Below are positions 45,386-45,974 of a stretch of DNA of 45,974 nucleotides, one piece after another. Origin of the DNA: a virus. Lineage: Duplodnaviria; Caudoviricetes. The stretch covers positions 1 to 45,974 of IMG/VR virus record IMGVR_UViG_3300037851_000266. One strand, 5' to 3'. The first letter of the stretch is position 1. Every line of letters starts with the position of its first letter. The notes under the pieces were generated by a model. It was not told the origin of the DNA, ran no database searches, and worked only from the letters and a program-made list of their open reading frames with translations. A program made the translations under genes and the position numbers.

Positions 45386-45974
45386 TAGGCTAGATAAGGA
45401 CTACCGGGCGCCGTGTAATAAACGCCTCCGGTTGTATATTGCACGAAGGCCGCGCCAACCTTGCCCGTGCGAATGGTTGACGCCCAAGTTCCGCCAGCGG
45501 GCGTCGTGATGACATCCCGCAAGACCGCATTTGTCAGCACAGTATCATCAGCCTCGATCACGATGACTTTCGCCCCAGAGACAGGCGAACCGCTCAGCGT
45601 AACCGTGCCGCTGATTGCAAACGTAGCAATGGCTGTTTCCTCAAACACTGCCTCAATCATGAAATTGTTCATGGTGATAGCGTTGGAAGTGCCCGCCGCC
45701 GCCACGACTTTGCACAAAAGGTTCTGCCCCGGCCTCAAAATGAAATCTTGAGTGTCGATCAATTTCGGCAAAAGATGAATATCGATCGAGCGCTGTTGCT
45801 CGACGGCTGTGTGCATCCGGGTGATGAACTGTTGCCAGATGGTATCACCCGCCGTCGCAGTGATGGGCGCGGTCTCTCCGATCTGCGCTCGGCAGATCAC
45901 CGCCGCATCTGATGATAGAGTGCTGTCTGCAAGTTGCTTGTCTACTATCGCGCCGCCGCTAATGGCGGTTGCTC
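45385..45974 (-). CDS. 3' part of the join-spanning structural protein (adds an Ig/prealbumin-like C-domain)
   Basis: Frame is open to the window end and matches 1-257; C-terminal ISGTVTLSGSPVSGAKV. Confidence 0.85.
   Translation of the reverse strand, partial: ATAISGGAIVDKQLADSTLSSDAAVICRAQIGETAPITATAGDTIWQQFITRMHTAVEQQRSIDIHLLPKLIDTQDFILRPGQNLLCKVVAAAGTSNAITMNNFMIEAVFEETAIATFAISGTVTLSGSPVSGAKVIVIEADDTVLTNAVLRDVITTPAGGTWASTIRTGKVGAAFVQYTTGGVYYTAPGSPYLA
45718..45974. repeat. Terminal direct repeat, right copy
   Basis: Matches 1-257. Confidence 0.95.

Overview
The window appears to be one complete, circularly permuted tailed (siphovirus-like) phage genome of about 45.7 kb. Bases 1-257 repeat at 45718-45974 (last 127 bp identical, first 130 bp with 8 substitutions), and one gene runs across the join. 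A minus-strand late arm holds lysis (holin, coiled-coil, stand-alone PAS, M23 peptidase), ParB-like and methyltransferase genes, terminases, portal, four putative appendage genes, MuF-like protein, a ferritin, protease/scaffold, major capsid, a five-gene glycosyl/sulfo/methyl-transferase block, adaptor, tail tube, frameshifted chaperone, tape measure and tail tip. A radical SAM gene sits inverted within this arm. A plus-strand early arm (about 9.7-23.1 kb) holds SSB-like, pentapeptide-repeat, primase, SNF2/HARP helicase, Rep with iterons, DnaB, Dam-like and RusA-like genes. I saw no integrase, clear CI repressor, RT, tRNA or CRISPR. A Chloroflexota host is a weak inference. Best leads: (1) a ferroxidase-dead ferritin heading the capsid operon behind a terminator-containing leader; (2) a probable virion glycan cassette with sulfotransferase; (3) a ParB/MTase/radical SAM locus beside terminase; (4) a PAS sensor in the lysis cassette; (5) two architecturally matching kissing-loop attenuator RNAs before replication genes; (6) four TTGACA-N7/8-TATAAT short-spacer promoters. 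All assignments come from motif reading by eye; no database search was run.
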